DNA from: Tubiluchus corallicola | Lineage: Eukaryota > Animalia > Priapulida | Assembly: GCA_030141605.1 (NCBI GenBank) | Contig: JAQGDQ010000709.1 | Coordinates: forward strand, 44,960-108,959 | Direction: 5' to 3' | DNA length: 64,000 bases | Shown: piece after piece, positions 1-13,125 of the stretch | Layout: each line of letters begins with the position of its first letter | How positions within the stretch are numbered: position 1 is the first letter of the stretch | Program-made: the position numbers and the translations under genes | Notes under the pieces: generated by a model | What the model was told of the DNA's origin: nothing | Databases searched by the model: none | What the model saw: only the letters and a program-made list of their open reading frames with translations

Positions 1-18
1 AATTTAATTTAGGCCTAC

Positions 19-210
19 CTCCAACCCAGCTTCATCCTGTGTGTCATGATTGAATTGGTTTGGCATATAGGTAAGATTATATCCTATTCCTTTGCACATG
101 GGTATCGTAATCTGTTCACATTTCATCTCCCGAACTGACGCTGTAGGAGTCACTGTCATCAACATCAACACCACAAAACCACCGCCGAAGAAAACCGCCA
201 AATTCATCAT
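19..210 (-). CDS. fzd5/8: Frizzled-5/8-type Wnt receptor, first coding exon (signal peptide + start of cysteine-rich domain); gene continues left of window
   Basis: Translates MMNLAVFFGGGFVVLMLMTVTPTAS (signal-peptide-like) then CEQITIPMCKGIGYNLTYMPNQFNHDTQDEAGLE, the Fz5/8/Dfz2 CRD N-terminus. 64 codons followed by GAG|GTAGGC donor at 18-17 and an in-frame stop soon after. Confidence 0.93.
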
Positions 211-289
211 GTCGAATAGTACGTTGTTTAGACGTAAGTTAAACGACACCGACACAAAAAATTCACAGACGCTTAGGCCTACATGTTGC

Positions 290-860
290 AAGCAGTGGCG
301 AACTCAGGCCTAAGCCTACACAGGATGTTCGTCCGATATGGCAATACGATATAGAATACAAACAAAATTTTTCAGCACGCGCAGCACACAACCAATAACT
401 CCGAGCAAACTTTGACAAGTGTGTTGGGTTGGAGTAACGCTTCACGTCTTATGGCTAGCAGCAATACAGATTTGTTAACAGCTATCGCTAATGAGGCTCT
501 GTACGCGAGGTGTCAAACTGATCTGTCAGTCAACTGTCAGCCCCGGCTACTGTTGATGCGTGACGTCATACATCAAGTCCCTGCGCAGGCCACGCCCTCT
601 GCGCGTGGAGAGCTTAGCGAAGCCTAGCTGAGAAGTTTACCTGATTTACGACCCAGTATAGTGTACTGCATGGTAGCTTGAAGTTAAAGTAAAAGAGGAC
701 GATTTTTGAAGCCATATATCATTTTGACTATTTGACCTGCACGAGTGGTCTCAAATATACATTTTATTACCCATAACAATTAACGCAGTTGACAAATTTT
801 TCTAATGATTGAGTATTACGTAGCAAGCGATGACGTCATTGCTGGGGTAGATTTTTTTAA
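290..860 (-). promoter_or_regulatory. Putative frizzled 5'UTR/proximal promoter
   Basis: Unique, CpG-richer sequence just upstream of the ATG. Palindromic CRE/ATF sites TGACGTCA at 561-568 and 831-838, CCACGCCC (KLF/SP-type) near 590, TGTCA motifs. TSS not determinable. Confidence 0.4.
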
Positions 861-1564
861 CGGCAGGAACATTACAAGTCTCAAAGCATTTTGCACGAAT
901 TTTTGAAAGGGTACTGAAATACGACGTTGCTGTGTATAATCAAACACATTAAACTAAGCTCAAAATTCAAGTTTTTCGCTGGATTAACAGCTCGCCTTCA
1001 TGAGTTTGTACTGACATCACAGCTGATATGTCTTCTGCAACTCAGGTACACCGCTCATTATACACGAAATAGATTTCCGAAAAACAGGCACTATCACCCA
1101 TCTAACTCTGTATAGCTGAGAGGCTGCAACAAAAACTAAAGAAATTACATAGGTTCTTGCGGTAACAACTTTAATTTTTTAATGTAAATCGCGTTATTGT
1201 CCATTATCTTAAAAAGAATATTTTCACTTTACATACTTTACACATTGGAGAAAAGTTATTTTGGTTAATATCTGGTGGTGGTCTACAAATTGATATGTTG
1301 AAGAATTGGCCATAAACGGAACTAAAAGTTTTCTAATGGGTCGGGATTTAAGGTGACATTTTCGGAGTTTGTCGCGGCAAAGTTACTAGACTCGATACTT
1401 TCACGTTTTGGTCACGGATGACTAAACAGAACTGCCGACAAAAAACCTGAAAGCTGGCCGCCAACTTGTGTTCTTTGAAACACAATGTATAATTGTTCTT
1501 TGAAAATGACGCTGTCACCGCCTGTTTCACTGCGTGTAGTGTGTAACCTTATAAGCTTTAACTT

Positions 1565-1725
1565 AAGACGAGGGAGAGAGAAGGGGAGAACCACGAAAGA
1601 GAGGAAGAAAGAGGCGAAAGACAGAGAGAGAGAGAGAGTATATTAAGTGAGAAGGGGAGAAAGAAAGAGCGATAGAGGGAGGGAGAGAAAACTTCAGAGA
1701 GGACAGAAAGGGGGAAGGAGAAAAA

Positions 1726-1756
<31 letters not shown>

Positions 1757-2030
1757 TGTGTGTGTGTGGAAAATAGAGAAAGAGGAAAAAAGGTGGAGAG
1801 AAAGACGAAAGAGAGAAAGGAAAAGGCGAGAGAGAGGGGGTATATTGTGTGAGAAGGGGAGAAAGAAAGAGCGATAGAGGGAGGCGGAGAAAACCTCGGA
1901 GAGGACAAGACTGGGAAGAGAAAGGAGAGAGAAAAAAGGGGAGAGCAGAAAGACGGAAATGAGAAAAAAAGAGAGAGAAAGGGAAAGCGAGATAGAGAGA
2001 GACTGGATGAGAGAAATGGAGAGAAAGATT
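1565..2030. repeat. GA-rich low-complexity tract with degenerate ~200-bp duplication and (GT)/(GCGT)n
   Basis: GTGAGAAGGGGAGAAAGAAAGAGCGATAGAGGGAGG occurs at ~1647 and ~1848. Confidence 0.8.
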
Positions 2031-2659
2031 GTGATATAGTGTCTTGTCTTGATGTTTTGTTGCAGATAGTTTAGCTTGCAAATTTGCATAGAACAGTGTT
2101 CATTAAACATCACCGATTGTTTATCTTTAATGCTTATATTACGTCAGCAAATGCTTTTAAAGAAAAATACATAGAATTTCACTACTGCCATTACTGATTA
2201 TAGGTGTAGAACATAAGAGCTGATTGTTTAACAGGTTCGCGTGTGCCCATTTTCTTGGTCAAACTGCGACAGCTGCGCTCAATTATTCTCTATTAACAAT
2301 CCAATCCTTCAATAATTAGCGGACGCTTTGATGTCTGAGTGGACAGAGTAACTACATGTCTGTTCACAATAACATTAGCTAAATTGTAAGGTCATTCATA
2401 GAAGTGTAGCAGAAATGTTCAAGTTACTGGCATTTTTAAAGCAATACTCAGCTCCATCGTTAATGTTTATCATCGCTAGATGTCATGGGAGATCAGCATT
2501 TGCTCTAGTGGAAGGCTCTGGCATTCGAAACTGAAAATTTGTACTATTATACCAATTCCGTTACTGCAGTATACGGTTTAGCGTTCTCGCAGGGATGTGT
2601 GCTGAGGAGCAGTATTCTGACAAACACTTTTTTGACTTCACTCAAGATAATTTAGACGA

Positions 2660-2661
<2 letters not shown>

Positions 2662-2718
<57 letters not shown>

Positions 2719-2905
2719 GCGAGCGAGAAGAAAGAGAGAGAGAGAGATGATGTACGGGGTGGAAAAGGGAGCGGGGGCGTGAGAGAGAACATGAGAGAAA
2801 GCAAGACCAGGAGGAGAAAGGAGAGAGATGGGGTGGAAAAGGGAGAGGGGCGTGAGAGAGAACATCAGAGAAAGCAAGACCATAAGGAGAAAGGAGACAG
2901 AAACG

Positions 2906-2952
<47 letters not shown>

Positions 2953-3034
2953 TGTATGGGGTGAAAAAGAGAGAGGGGGCGTGAGAGAGAACATCAGAGA
3001 AAGCAAGACCATAAGGAGAAAGGAGAGAGAAACA

Positions 3035-3073
<39 letters not shown>

Positions 3074-3220
3074 TGTATGGGGTGGAAAAGAGAGAGGAGA
3101 CGTGAGAAAGAACATCAGAGAAAGCAAGACCATAATGAGAAAGGAGAGAGAAAGAGGGAGAGAGAGAGAGAGAGAGAGAGGGGAGGGAAAGACAAAAATA
3201 GGGAGAGAAAGAGAGTGAGC
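2662..3220. repeat. Compound minisatellite: ~80-bp core (ATGGTGTATGGGGTGGAAAAG...AACATCAGAGAAAGCAAGACCATAAGGAG) alternating with (GA)n, 4 copies
   Basis: Core visible at ~2747, ~2828, ~2949 and ~3070, mostly separated by GA runs. Confidence 0.9.
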
Positions 3221-3830
3221 AAATACAGTGCCATTCAGTTTCAGTTGAGAATACATTTCTCCAATGTGCACATTCTCACAAACATGTTTTTATCTGGCTG
3301 AACAGAGCTTCAAGTAAAGTTAGAGGGTTCCGTATTGCGCAAATACAATGCCACTCCAACTGCCGAAGAGGGAAAAATTATAGCTCCTTATCACATATCC
3401 TTTGTACGGTTCCACCTTTAGGCAGCTGTGGGCTATTGATTACCCAACCAGAGAACCTGAAATTAGTATAATGAAATTAAAATAATTAAATTTTCTCATT
3501 AAATACATTTTTGAAATTTAAAATTCTTAGTTTCATTTTTAAACAAATGTTAATTGCAGCCATGAACACTGTTTTTCCAAATCTGTGGCTACGTCGCGAA
3601 AAAGAAATTGATGTGAATGAAGGGGAATGGCGGGGAATTTTAAAGCATTTCTAGAAACTTTCTGTACGAAGTTATAGTACTTAGCATTACGTTTACCTGT
3701 TTCAAAGACATAACATGTAATTGAAAAAGAAAATATGGTGCCATCTGCTGAGAAGAAAAATAACAAAAATAAACAATAAGATTGAAAATACCCTTTAAAA
3801 CTTCTGCATTTGCATAGCAGGCTGTGGTCA

Positions 3831-3904
3831 CAGTGGCGTAGCTATTAGGGGAGCAACAGGATGTGCTTGCTATCCCTAACTTTAGAACCTGGCTACGCCC
3901 GCTG
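3831..3904. mobile_element. Tiny TIR relic (CAGTGGCGTAGC...GCTACGCCCGCTG), hAT-like MITE
   Basis: Imperfect terminal inverted repeats with CAG...CTG ends; no clean TSD. Confidence 0.5.
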
Positions 3905-4060
3905 GGTGTTTCTGCTGTCTGCCATGGTTCGCTAATATTAACTGAGAAAAATTGAGCACACTGAAGTCGAAATTATTAAAGTAAGTTGGGGTCAGACCGG
4001 GCCCCAGTATGTAACGTCTTATAACTTGTCATAAATTTGCAACGTATGCACGGAATAAGT

Positions 4061-4062
<2 letters not shown>

Positions 4063-4114
<52 letters not shown>

Positions 4115-4420
4115 GTAATAATAATAATAACAATAATAATAATAATAATAATAATAGTAATAATAATTTTTATTTAAAGTCGGGTTTTGGGTCAACAATT
4201 AACATTAGCTCAAAGAGCTATTATCGCCGACTGTAAATAACAACCTACAACTACATAACAGAGACTATTATTACCCCACTTTTACCCTAAATGCCACGAC
4301 GCGTCAGGCAGGGCAACAGCAGGTACCATTTTTAAAGTCTTTGGTATGACCCGGCCGCTGGTTCGAACTCACGACCTCCCAGACGGAAAGCAGACGCATT
4401 ACCACTAGACTAAACCGTCT
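4063..4420 (-). mobile_element. tRNA-derived SINE with conserved central domain (Meta/MESC-like) and (TTA)n tail
   Basis: Minus strand reads tRNA-like head (TAGTGGTAATGCG...GAGTTCGAACC), then GTCATACCAAAGACTTTAAAAATGGTACCTGCTG central block, LINE-like stem-loop tail, AATAAA and (ATT)n. Domain name is from recollection. Confidence 0.75.
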
Positions 4421-5237
4421 GGTAAAATTCTTTTGAACAGAGTAACAAATTCCTAAAGCTACAGCACTGTACTGCCTCGAATTCCCATTTTATGTATAAA
4501 CTATGTGAGGTCCGATTCCACCCCTCTCAGCAGGATTAGGGTTAAACTAAAAAGAAGCATTATAAACCAGTACTCTTTATTATTCCCTGTAACAGCTGTT
4601 TATTTTTAATATTGTTGTTTATCAAAAGTCTGGTGACCATTGACCATAGTACGGCCTGTTCCGGACAAACAGCTAAAATCAAATTCTAATTTCAACCAAC
4701 TCCGCCCAGATCTCATCATAAAAATACCAGGCGTTAATGGCCGGACAATGGCAGGCCTGGTCAAGCTGAATACCTCACCGGGGTGCCCATGCCCATTTAC
4801 ACCAGGCGTACTGTCCGTGAAAGGACCGGGTATTGTTAACAAAACTGTACTGAGCAGAATCTATTGTCACTCAGTCAGCCATGATGGTAAATCCGCGAAA
4901 ATCGTCTCACTAGACGTAAATGAGGGGTAATGTAGATTGGAAGTGGATGCAGAGGGGAGAATGAGGCGTGCTGGGGGTGTTGATTCCGGCTGAGTACTAG
5001 GGAGTCGAGAGACTTTGAGCTGTGAAAGTGTTGCTACAAAATATTACGTAATGCTGGAAGACATTTTCTGTCACGGCAGAAGCAGTATGGACTCAAATAA
5101 CCTGGGCAAAAGCAGCAAAAATTAATTCAAGAAGTTCTTTGTGCAGTTTGGGTCTGTTGACTAGTTAACTGTCTTGAAAATAACATTGGCTAACTAAATA
5201 ACAGGGTTTTCGTAATATTTATTCGTTTTCCAATTAA

Positions 5238-5848
5238 AGGAAAACACGCCGATTTTTCATATCAGATCCTACTTTGAAAGTACGGTATAAATATACGTTT
5301 TAACACCTATAACAATGTTAAAACGCTTTGGATAATTAAATATTAGGTTAAAAATGACTTAGCGGCCGGCGAGCCTAAGTAGTAATGACATCACAACCGA
5401 GATAACTTCCAACAGCACAAGCATTCCACGAGCGTGTTGCACACGTTTGCGGAAGCGGAAATTGACACTAGAGTGCTCTTGTACGATATGCAAAAACTCG
5501 GCAAATTTTAATTTAAAAATTGAAATTTGAGATTTACCTCTGTGACGTACGAGCTTTCGAACGTGAGTACTACGTCACAAACGAATACTTCTGAACTGAG
5601 AAGCACAGCACCACCTGTTTATTGTTCAACGCGTTTCCGAGATGCAGGCGCTGGCGTCCCCCCCCCCCCTAACTTGCGAATAGCGAAATGCACGTGACAA
5701 TGAAAACTAACCGCGCGAACACAAAATTTCGTTTGTGAGGAAATAATTCTTTCACGTACGTCATTCTTGAAAAAATAGTATTTCCCTTTTCAATATTTTG
5801 TAGGGCAAATTGATTTGAGTATAGTTTAAAATGGGGTACGTGTTTCCA
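5238..5848 (+). mobile_element. Kolobok-like non-autonomous DNA transposon (TTAA-flanked)
   Basis: TTAA|AGGAAAACACG...CGTGTTTCCA|TTAA. Internal sequence recurs at ~20337-20780 (-), ~54590-54997 (+), ~62095-62586 (+) and ~18000-18090 (-). Confidence 0.75.
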
Positions 5849-6807
5849 TTAAAAACACACTTTTTAACTTCCCCGTTTACCAACACTTTCTTGAATCTGC
5901 CGACGAGCCAGTCTAAAAATCATTTTAGGATCATAATTTCCATTATCATCATCATCATCATATGCCCACCTCTCTGATGTAGACATTGGGCAGGCACAAT
6001 TCTGAAATCTCCTATATCTCAAGACAAGTAAACGCAGCAGTAACAAAGCAAAAAACTGGACACCGCTACGTCAGTAGTAGTCACTGCTCATAGTAGGCCA
6101 CTGGCCTAGGGCTCACGGGTAACTCGGGGGCCAATGAAATTAATTTGTCGCGCAGCATGCCGGCCCATGTACAAGATGTACATGATATAAAACTAATGCG
6201 ATTAAAAGTAATGCTGTCTTAGTTAGTTTACTGACTATAGTTCGACATAATTCGAGGCAAATACATTATAACATTGAGTAACCAGAGGAAAAAATAGTCC
6301 AAAAAACGTTACCAAAATGACACATCCAGAACAAGAATGATAAAATAAAAGCAAAATGCTATGCAGTTAAGAACACCAATCCTATGCCTATGTATTGCTG
6401 TCATAAAAAATTACAATACTATAGATAACAAGTCTCCAAATAATCTTTAATCGTATCGTACAAATTTTTGTTGCTCATGACTTTTGCCCATTTTATTTCC
6501 TGTAATGATCTGTACGATTTTTGAAAGGCGTCAATCTACATTTGATTGTTTGCTTTTTTTGACTATAAACTTATTATATTTAAACATTTGATTATTCATT
6601 CTATATATATGACCCTCTTGAAAAAGAGAAGGCGAATCTTTTGCGACTTCTGACCCTCGACATCTTTGTGACTTTATCAAATGAGGTCCATGCGCTGTTT
6701 TTGTCTTCATTCTATTGAAGACGCTAGAATTACAACGATCGTCTGATAACATGTTCGCGTAAAACCAGCTATATACTATTGCTTAGACAAACGTGTTTAA
6801 AAGTGTT

Positions 6808-7365
<558 letters not shown>

Positions 7366-7494
7366 TGTTTTTAGCGGTAACAAAATCATTTATTTAGGAC
7401 TTGCAACCCCAGACTGGTCACAATAGTTGACAACATACATCTGTGATATGCGTTTAGGCTTGCTTTCTAGTGTAAATTTTGGTGTCAGAGTACG

Positions 7495-7630
7495 TGTGAG
7501 GCGTGATGGTTAGCGCAACCGCCTGGAAAGCACATGTTCTTGGGTTCGAATCTCAGTGCAGATGCAACATTTTTTCTTTCATTCTAATTTACACGAGTAT
7601 AGCTTTCGTGAGTTTGCATGATTGCACGAA
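7495..7630 (+). mobile_element. tRNA-derived SINE-like fragment
   Basis: A-box-like GGCGTGATGGTTAGCG and B-box GGTTCGAATC; no complete cloverleaf. Related GCTTTCGTG-containing copies at ~18825-18900 (-) and ~40360-40450 (-). Confidence 0.55.
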
Positions 7631-8220
7631 CTAAGTGTCACTTTGCGCAACTGTGGCTGCTTCCTCGGCCACAGACAAAGGGCTCAAGTGAAGGGACGGA
7701 ATTACAGACGTATGTAATCAACCCTAATCCTCGACAAATAGCTCGTGTAACTGTAACCGTTCAACAAATTTCCACTGAGTAATCCCGCTTTAATTAAACC
7801 GTGGAAGAGAAGGGAGTACGCATGCGCTACAAAACGACTGGGAGCAGTACAACAAGTAAAGGGTTTATGCAGGTTTTGCTTAAATTTTAATGTCCGTAAG
7901 CAACATTACTTAATAGAAATGACCTATTATATATACGCAAAAGTTTCTTCTTTACCAACTGCAAAGGTCAAAAAAAGTTATATTTAATATAGTTTACATG
8001 CTTATCGTGGACATTTCTAGATGTAGAACAGCTGCTTTTTCCCGTTTCTTCCCAATTTCAGGGGAAAAATCCAGTTTTCGAGAATATCAGATTTTTCCCC
8101 CAAAACTACAAAGCTCTTTTCATTAGAAAATCAAGAATATCAAGAGGAATCTGGTATAGGAATCTCGAATCTTCGACTTTTCACTATCCACTGACCTTGA
8201 GTGGCTCTTGCGCCTCTTGA

Positions 8221-8350
8221 CCTTGTTTGGAGGAACGACTTTCAAAAAGAAAAATATGAAAATCATACGTTTTGTCACCTCATCATGTATATCATCATTA
8301 ATCGTATGATTTTCATATTTTTCTTTTTGAAAGTCTTCCTCCAGACAAGG
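8221..8350. repeat. Long inverted repeat (~49-bp arms, ~33-nt loop)
   Basis: 8221-8269 CCTTGTTTGGAGGAACGACTTTCAAAAAGAAAAATATGAAAATCATACG is the near-perfect reverse complement of 8303-8350. Confidence 0.9.
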
Positions 8351-8396
8351 GAAAAACGCACAAATATGAAAATCATACGTTTTGTTACTTCATCAT

Positions 8397-8442
<46 letters not shown>

Positions 8443-8974
8443 TATGTATATATTTATATCTACTTTTTCCGCTAACAAATTCATTACTCCCCATCAATTT
8501 TTCATTTATTCCGTTTAAACAGCTTATACGCTGCATTGGTAGAATTCTGAGTTGCGAGTTCGAGCCTCAGGAGAGTCAAACTTTTTTCTCCAGACTATGA
8601 TGAAGTAACAAAAGTAACAAACTACTTTGCATTCTATATATATATATATGTTAAATGGCTGGGGTCAGATTGCAAAGTGGTAATAATCATTTCTTACATA
8701 CGACGCAGAGAATTTTTTATAAACACAATTTATTTTCCATCTGCTTTGGTATACAAGACAAAACTGATTAACGTGTCCTAAGAATTAATAAGTACTCTAA
8801 TACAAATTTGAGACATTTATATTTCCATGTTTAATTCTTTAATATTAACTGGGAGAAATTTGAATTATACAGGTTAAATAAAGCACAGAGAATTTAGCAC
8901 TTAGTAACATCCAGCAGAAGCAATGCTTAGCAAGCCACCAGGGCCTGTTCTGCATACACTTGTATACTCAGTAT

Positions 8975-9270
8975 GGTTGTCATGGTAGCCAGCTGGAGGG
9001 CGACATCACTTTTATTTCTGACGTTTTCATGATAACCCGCTTGTCATAGCGGTCAGCAGAAACTCTACCTACTCATTATATTGTCATGGTGATCAGCAAG
9101 GAACTCTGTTTTCCCAGTTTCTTGTCATGGTGATCAGCAAGGAACTCGTCCTTCCCTGTCCATTGTCATGGTGATCACTAGGGATGTGTGTCTCCCCAGT
9201 CTGTTAGCATGGTGATCAGCGTGGTGAAAATCTGGACTGCTTTCCTCATTTCTAGTTATCATGGTAACCA
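8975..9270. repeat. Degenerate ~41-bp minisatellite (TTGTCATGGTGATCAGC core)
   Basis: Core repeated at ~8977, 9041, 9081, 9122, 9163 and 9204. Confidence 0.75.
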
Positions 9271-9535
9271 CTGGGACTTGAACCTGGGACCATCTGCTTT
9301 CCAGACAGCTAGCTATTACACCAGAGAGGTAGACTCAGAAATTTATACAATGAACCACAAGAAGTATATCAGAGTGAAATCGGACTCCATGCTGTATCAA
9401 GACATAATACGAACTCAGTCATATGAACATATAAAAATAATATTGAACAAAAAAGTCTCACATTTTTGGACTCACATGGGACTCGAACCCAAAACCTTCT
9501 GCTCTTTTGGCAGCAATGCTAACCATTATCATACA
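9270..9535 (-). mobile_element. Two degenerate tRNA-derived SINE heads
   Basis: Reverse B-boxes GGGACTTGAACC (~9273) and GGGACTCGAACC (~9478), each followed by reverse A-box-like sequence. Confidence 0.5.
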
Positions 9536-9709
9536 AAGTTTAAAAATCACCGTCACCACCGCCACTACCACCACTAACAACAACAACAGCAATGACATAA
9601 CCTCTATTATACTAAATAAATAGTCATTTGCCATTCTGTAATCAACAAATATTACAAATTATGATCAACAAATATAATTATTGTAGATAGATATGCTAAG
9701 ATCTAACGG

Positions 9710-9934
9710 AAATCACTTCCGAAAAAGTAACGCCAGTTTCGGTTCTTAGTTTTTCAGACGCGTGCAAGTCGTGGGAAATAACAACTTGACAGCTTCCGAA
9801 AGCCGGAAGCATGTTTTGGGCTCGCAAAGATCTTGCTTATTGCCTTGATTCTCGATTATTGAAAATCAAAATAACAGTTGGATTTGAAATTAATTTCATA
9901 TTTTCAATTTTTTTGGATCTAAATAACTTGTAAG
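9710..9934 (+). promoter_or_regulatory. Putative promoter and non-coding first exon of the BTB-BACK gene
   Basis: Clustered ETS-type motifs (ACTTCCG, CTTCCG, CCGGAAG) and CpGs; candidate donor TAAG|GTAAAA at 9935. The ATG exon at 10880 has its own acceptor, so an upstream exon is required. Confidence 0.45.
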
Positions 9935-10880
9935 GTAAAATTTAACTTGATTTTTATTTACAAACTTTAATTGTAGGTGAAAACTTAGCAGCGTGCATTA
10001 ATAACTGGTTACTCAGAGATTCTTTGCTTATAAACGTGTTAGTCAGACCGGGGGATGGATGCACGAGTGTAGAGAAAACTATTAATATTAAACCTATAAT
10101 TTTTTTATCTGAGTTACACAGTTCGTAATTCACATTAAATACAATTATTGTTCCTTAATTACTGTAAATAAGTAGTCAATTCCTATTTAAATGGCGTACC
10201 ATTACCAGTGGTGTAGCATGGGTTTTTTCAGCCATGTGTGGTAGCCAAATTGGTGTATTTGATATTGTCGACTCACGGTGTTTGAGACGTCAACTCTGCT
10301 TGTCTGTTTTTCCTGGCTCTCCTCTCTTATTCTCCTCATCCCGATTATTGATGAGCGGCCTTCTTTAGTGTAAAAACGTGCAGTGTCGAATTTTTTTCGT
10401 GCATAATGTTCGACCCTTTAAGAAATACGAGTGCTCATTTCTAGCATTTGCGATGTAGTGTACTCAAGTTCGAGCATTCATGCTATAGCACTGCGTTGAA
10501 CACGAAATTTGAATTTTAAGCCTAAAAATTTGTATTTGTGCTGTTGAAAATTGTGTTCATTTGTGATGTCTTCACTAGATGAGGTCGCCCACCATTAATT
10601 AAGTTTTTAACCTATTATTTAATTATCGCTATTGTGGTAGTATTATACGTGTTCAAATGTATAATTTTTACTGTACTTCAAAATACGGTAGGATGTAAAA
10701 AATCATCTTGTTTTCCCTTCTCTGCAAACTTTTGTAAGCTCTTTGAAATTTGATATAATAGAGCACATACCCCATAGGTGCACATGCATTAGGGACCCAG
10801 ACGAACCTCTTTAATCTACCTTTTTTGTAATGTAACGTAGGCGTTGGTATATAAAAACACATTTGTGTTATTTTTTCAGA

Positions 10881-11104
10881 ATGACCAGTAGGGGGCAGTA
10901 TCCTCCACCTCCTCTACCACCCAAAGGTGTTTTTCACCAGTCTGGGTCATCACAACAGAGTGAAGAGAAAAACATAGCCGGGGTGCCTTCACTTTTAGAT
11001 GACTTCTATAAACTGGCTCACGACCAGACCACAGCGGATATGGTTTTTCTCGTGGGCCCAAACGAAGAAAAGTTTTTCTGCCACAAATTAATCATCTATG
11101 CTAG
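10881..11104 (+). CDS. BTB/POZ-BACK domain protein, coding exon 1
   Basis: Acceptor ttttttcAG at 10879. MTSRGQYPPPPLPP...SLLDDFYKLAHDQTTADMVFLVGPNEEKFFCHKLIIYAR matches the BTB N-terminal pattern D-V-F-VG...H+LIL-AR. Donor AG|GTAAGT, phase 2. Confidence 0.9.
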
Positions 11105-12924
11105 GTAAGTCATTAGTTTGTGGCTGGTGTTTCGCTTTTATATGAAAGAGGCAATTTTTGTTAAGAAAGAGGAAGTTTTATTTTTCATTGTCGTATTTCA
11201 AATTCAGTTATTTTTTTCCAAAAAAACTTCTAAAGCCTCAGGAATGTTTAAAACTGAATCGTGAAATATTTAAGTTCAGTTCACATCAAAGTTTATTTCA
11301 AACTGGTTTTCAATGCACATTTGTTTTTTAAGTTTTTGTTTCGCATTACTAAATTATCGTATAATTATTTATTATCGGACAGTCTCTTTTTTGTGTGGCA
11401 TGAGTGTATGTTCTGATAACTATGGTATAAGCAGCAATCATTATACTTGTACATGATACTCAGTTGTTAATATGCTGATTTGATGGAAAATACGATACTT
11501 TTTAACCTCCAATACGATAATCAGCAGTTTACAAAATGGCAACCCCAGCCTTACACAAAGACATGGCTACATTCTTGCTAAGACAACAATGTTATAATGA
11601 CTGTTGCGTTTTACATTTTAACTTAAAATATATATAATACGTAAAAGACATAATATCACTGTGCCAGGTAATATGAACGCCAAAAAAATTATAAAATTCT
11701 CGGCATTGCGTGCAATAAAAAATTACCTGGGCGATTAAATGGAAACAAGTATTTTTATTGTCGGTCCAGGAAAAAGCTGCAATTTGTTACAGATGTTGTA
11801 TCTGTTTCATTTTTATCCTCTGCATAAATTTATCCCACACTTTCTATGTGAGAGTTGCCAATGGGAATAGTCATTTTTAAATTGAATCTCACTGGTCATC
11901 AGAGAATGCTATCATCTTTTTATCCCCTTAACTAGGTGCTGACAACCCCTTAATTAGGCATTGTTTTGGGTCATATTTGTGTTTGTTGTGGTAAAACAGA
12001 TTCCTAATATTTGTCGCCTCACTCAGCTGTATCTTGAAGAGATTTTTTTGAATTTGAAAGTGGAAATGGCACTTTGATGAATAATATTAACATTTTGGGC
12101 GTACGCCTCAAAAGAATATTGGAAATCAATGATTGAATATCGTTGCAGGTACAAATGTTTTCATTACCGCTTCTCAAGGTAATATATGCATTAGAAGCCA
12201 CAATATATTAGACTGTAGTTCAACAAGCTAGACTACTTTTTCTACTCTGACATTGTATAGGTGGAACTTGTTATGTACACACGTCTCTGTTACCTTTAAA
12301 ATTTGACTTATAATTATACTGCTACCTTTTACTGACATTCTGGCTTTTTCTCGACTCAATATTGGATCAACAATGTATGTATGCATTTTAGCTTTTTAGT
12401 GTAACATAGTAATCTGTAGCACTTATTTTCTAGCACTTATTTCAGTAGTTTTGTAGAGGTAGTAATTGTAGACTACAGAAAATTTGTATTTTTGCAGAAT
12501 AAACTAACATAGATATGGGAACGCAACTTTGGTTTGAGCGTATATATTACAAATATCGTCATTAGTTGGGGTACAAACCATTTTTATTAACAAAATGCAG
12601 TGGGGCGTAAACAATAGAGCTAACATGGCTACACTTCAAAATCTGAAGGGTCGTGTTTGTCCTAAATTTCTTCAAATTAAATGCAAGAAGAAATCTTGTT
12701 AAAACAACTTTTTGCCTGATCCTTAAAAGCAGAACTTGTACGAGGATATGACACCTGCTTTGAAAATCTTGGCAGGCTTAATAGTAACCAAACCAAAACT
12801 CAGCAGTGTATGTCTGACTCAAAATTTCCAATTCAAAATCTGCGCTCTGCTGCCACATTTGAGAAAGTCTTGGCTTTGCTTGGCCAACATCAAAATCAGC
12901 ACAAACATGCATTCATCAGGGTCA

Positions 12925-13125
12925 TTTTTTTATTTATTATTATTATCACCATTCAGTACAATATAATGACATTAAGCACACAGTGACATCAAAATTATTA
13001 CATCATACTGTATTAAATTGTTGTTTCATACACTATTGTTATCATAAAAGAATAATTGTACTGCAGTGGGCTAGAGAAGCAAAGGCTTGTATAAGCCCAC
13101 TGTCATGTGAACTTGATAATGGATA
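12925..13125 (-). mobile_element. L2/Crack-type LINE 3' tail remnant
   Basis: Minus strand GGGCTTATACAAGCCTTTGCTTCTCTAGCCC stem-loop followed by AT-rich tail ending in AATAAA. Confidence 0.45.

Noticed and set aside
211-291. N-terminal extension of frizzled from the ORF track (start at 291)
   Set aside because: The signal peptide directly follows the ATGs at 210/207; the upstream part is more likely 5'UTR
7495-7570. Genuine tRNA gene (also ~9270-9535, 24000-24060, 40410-40450)
   Set aside because: A/B boxes present but no intact cloverleaf or acceptor stem; SINE-like relics
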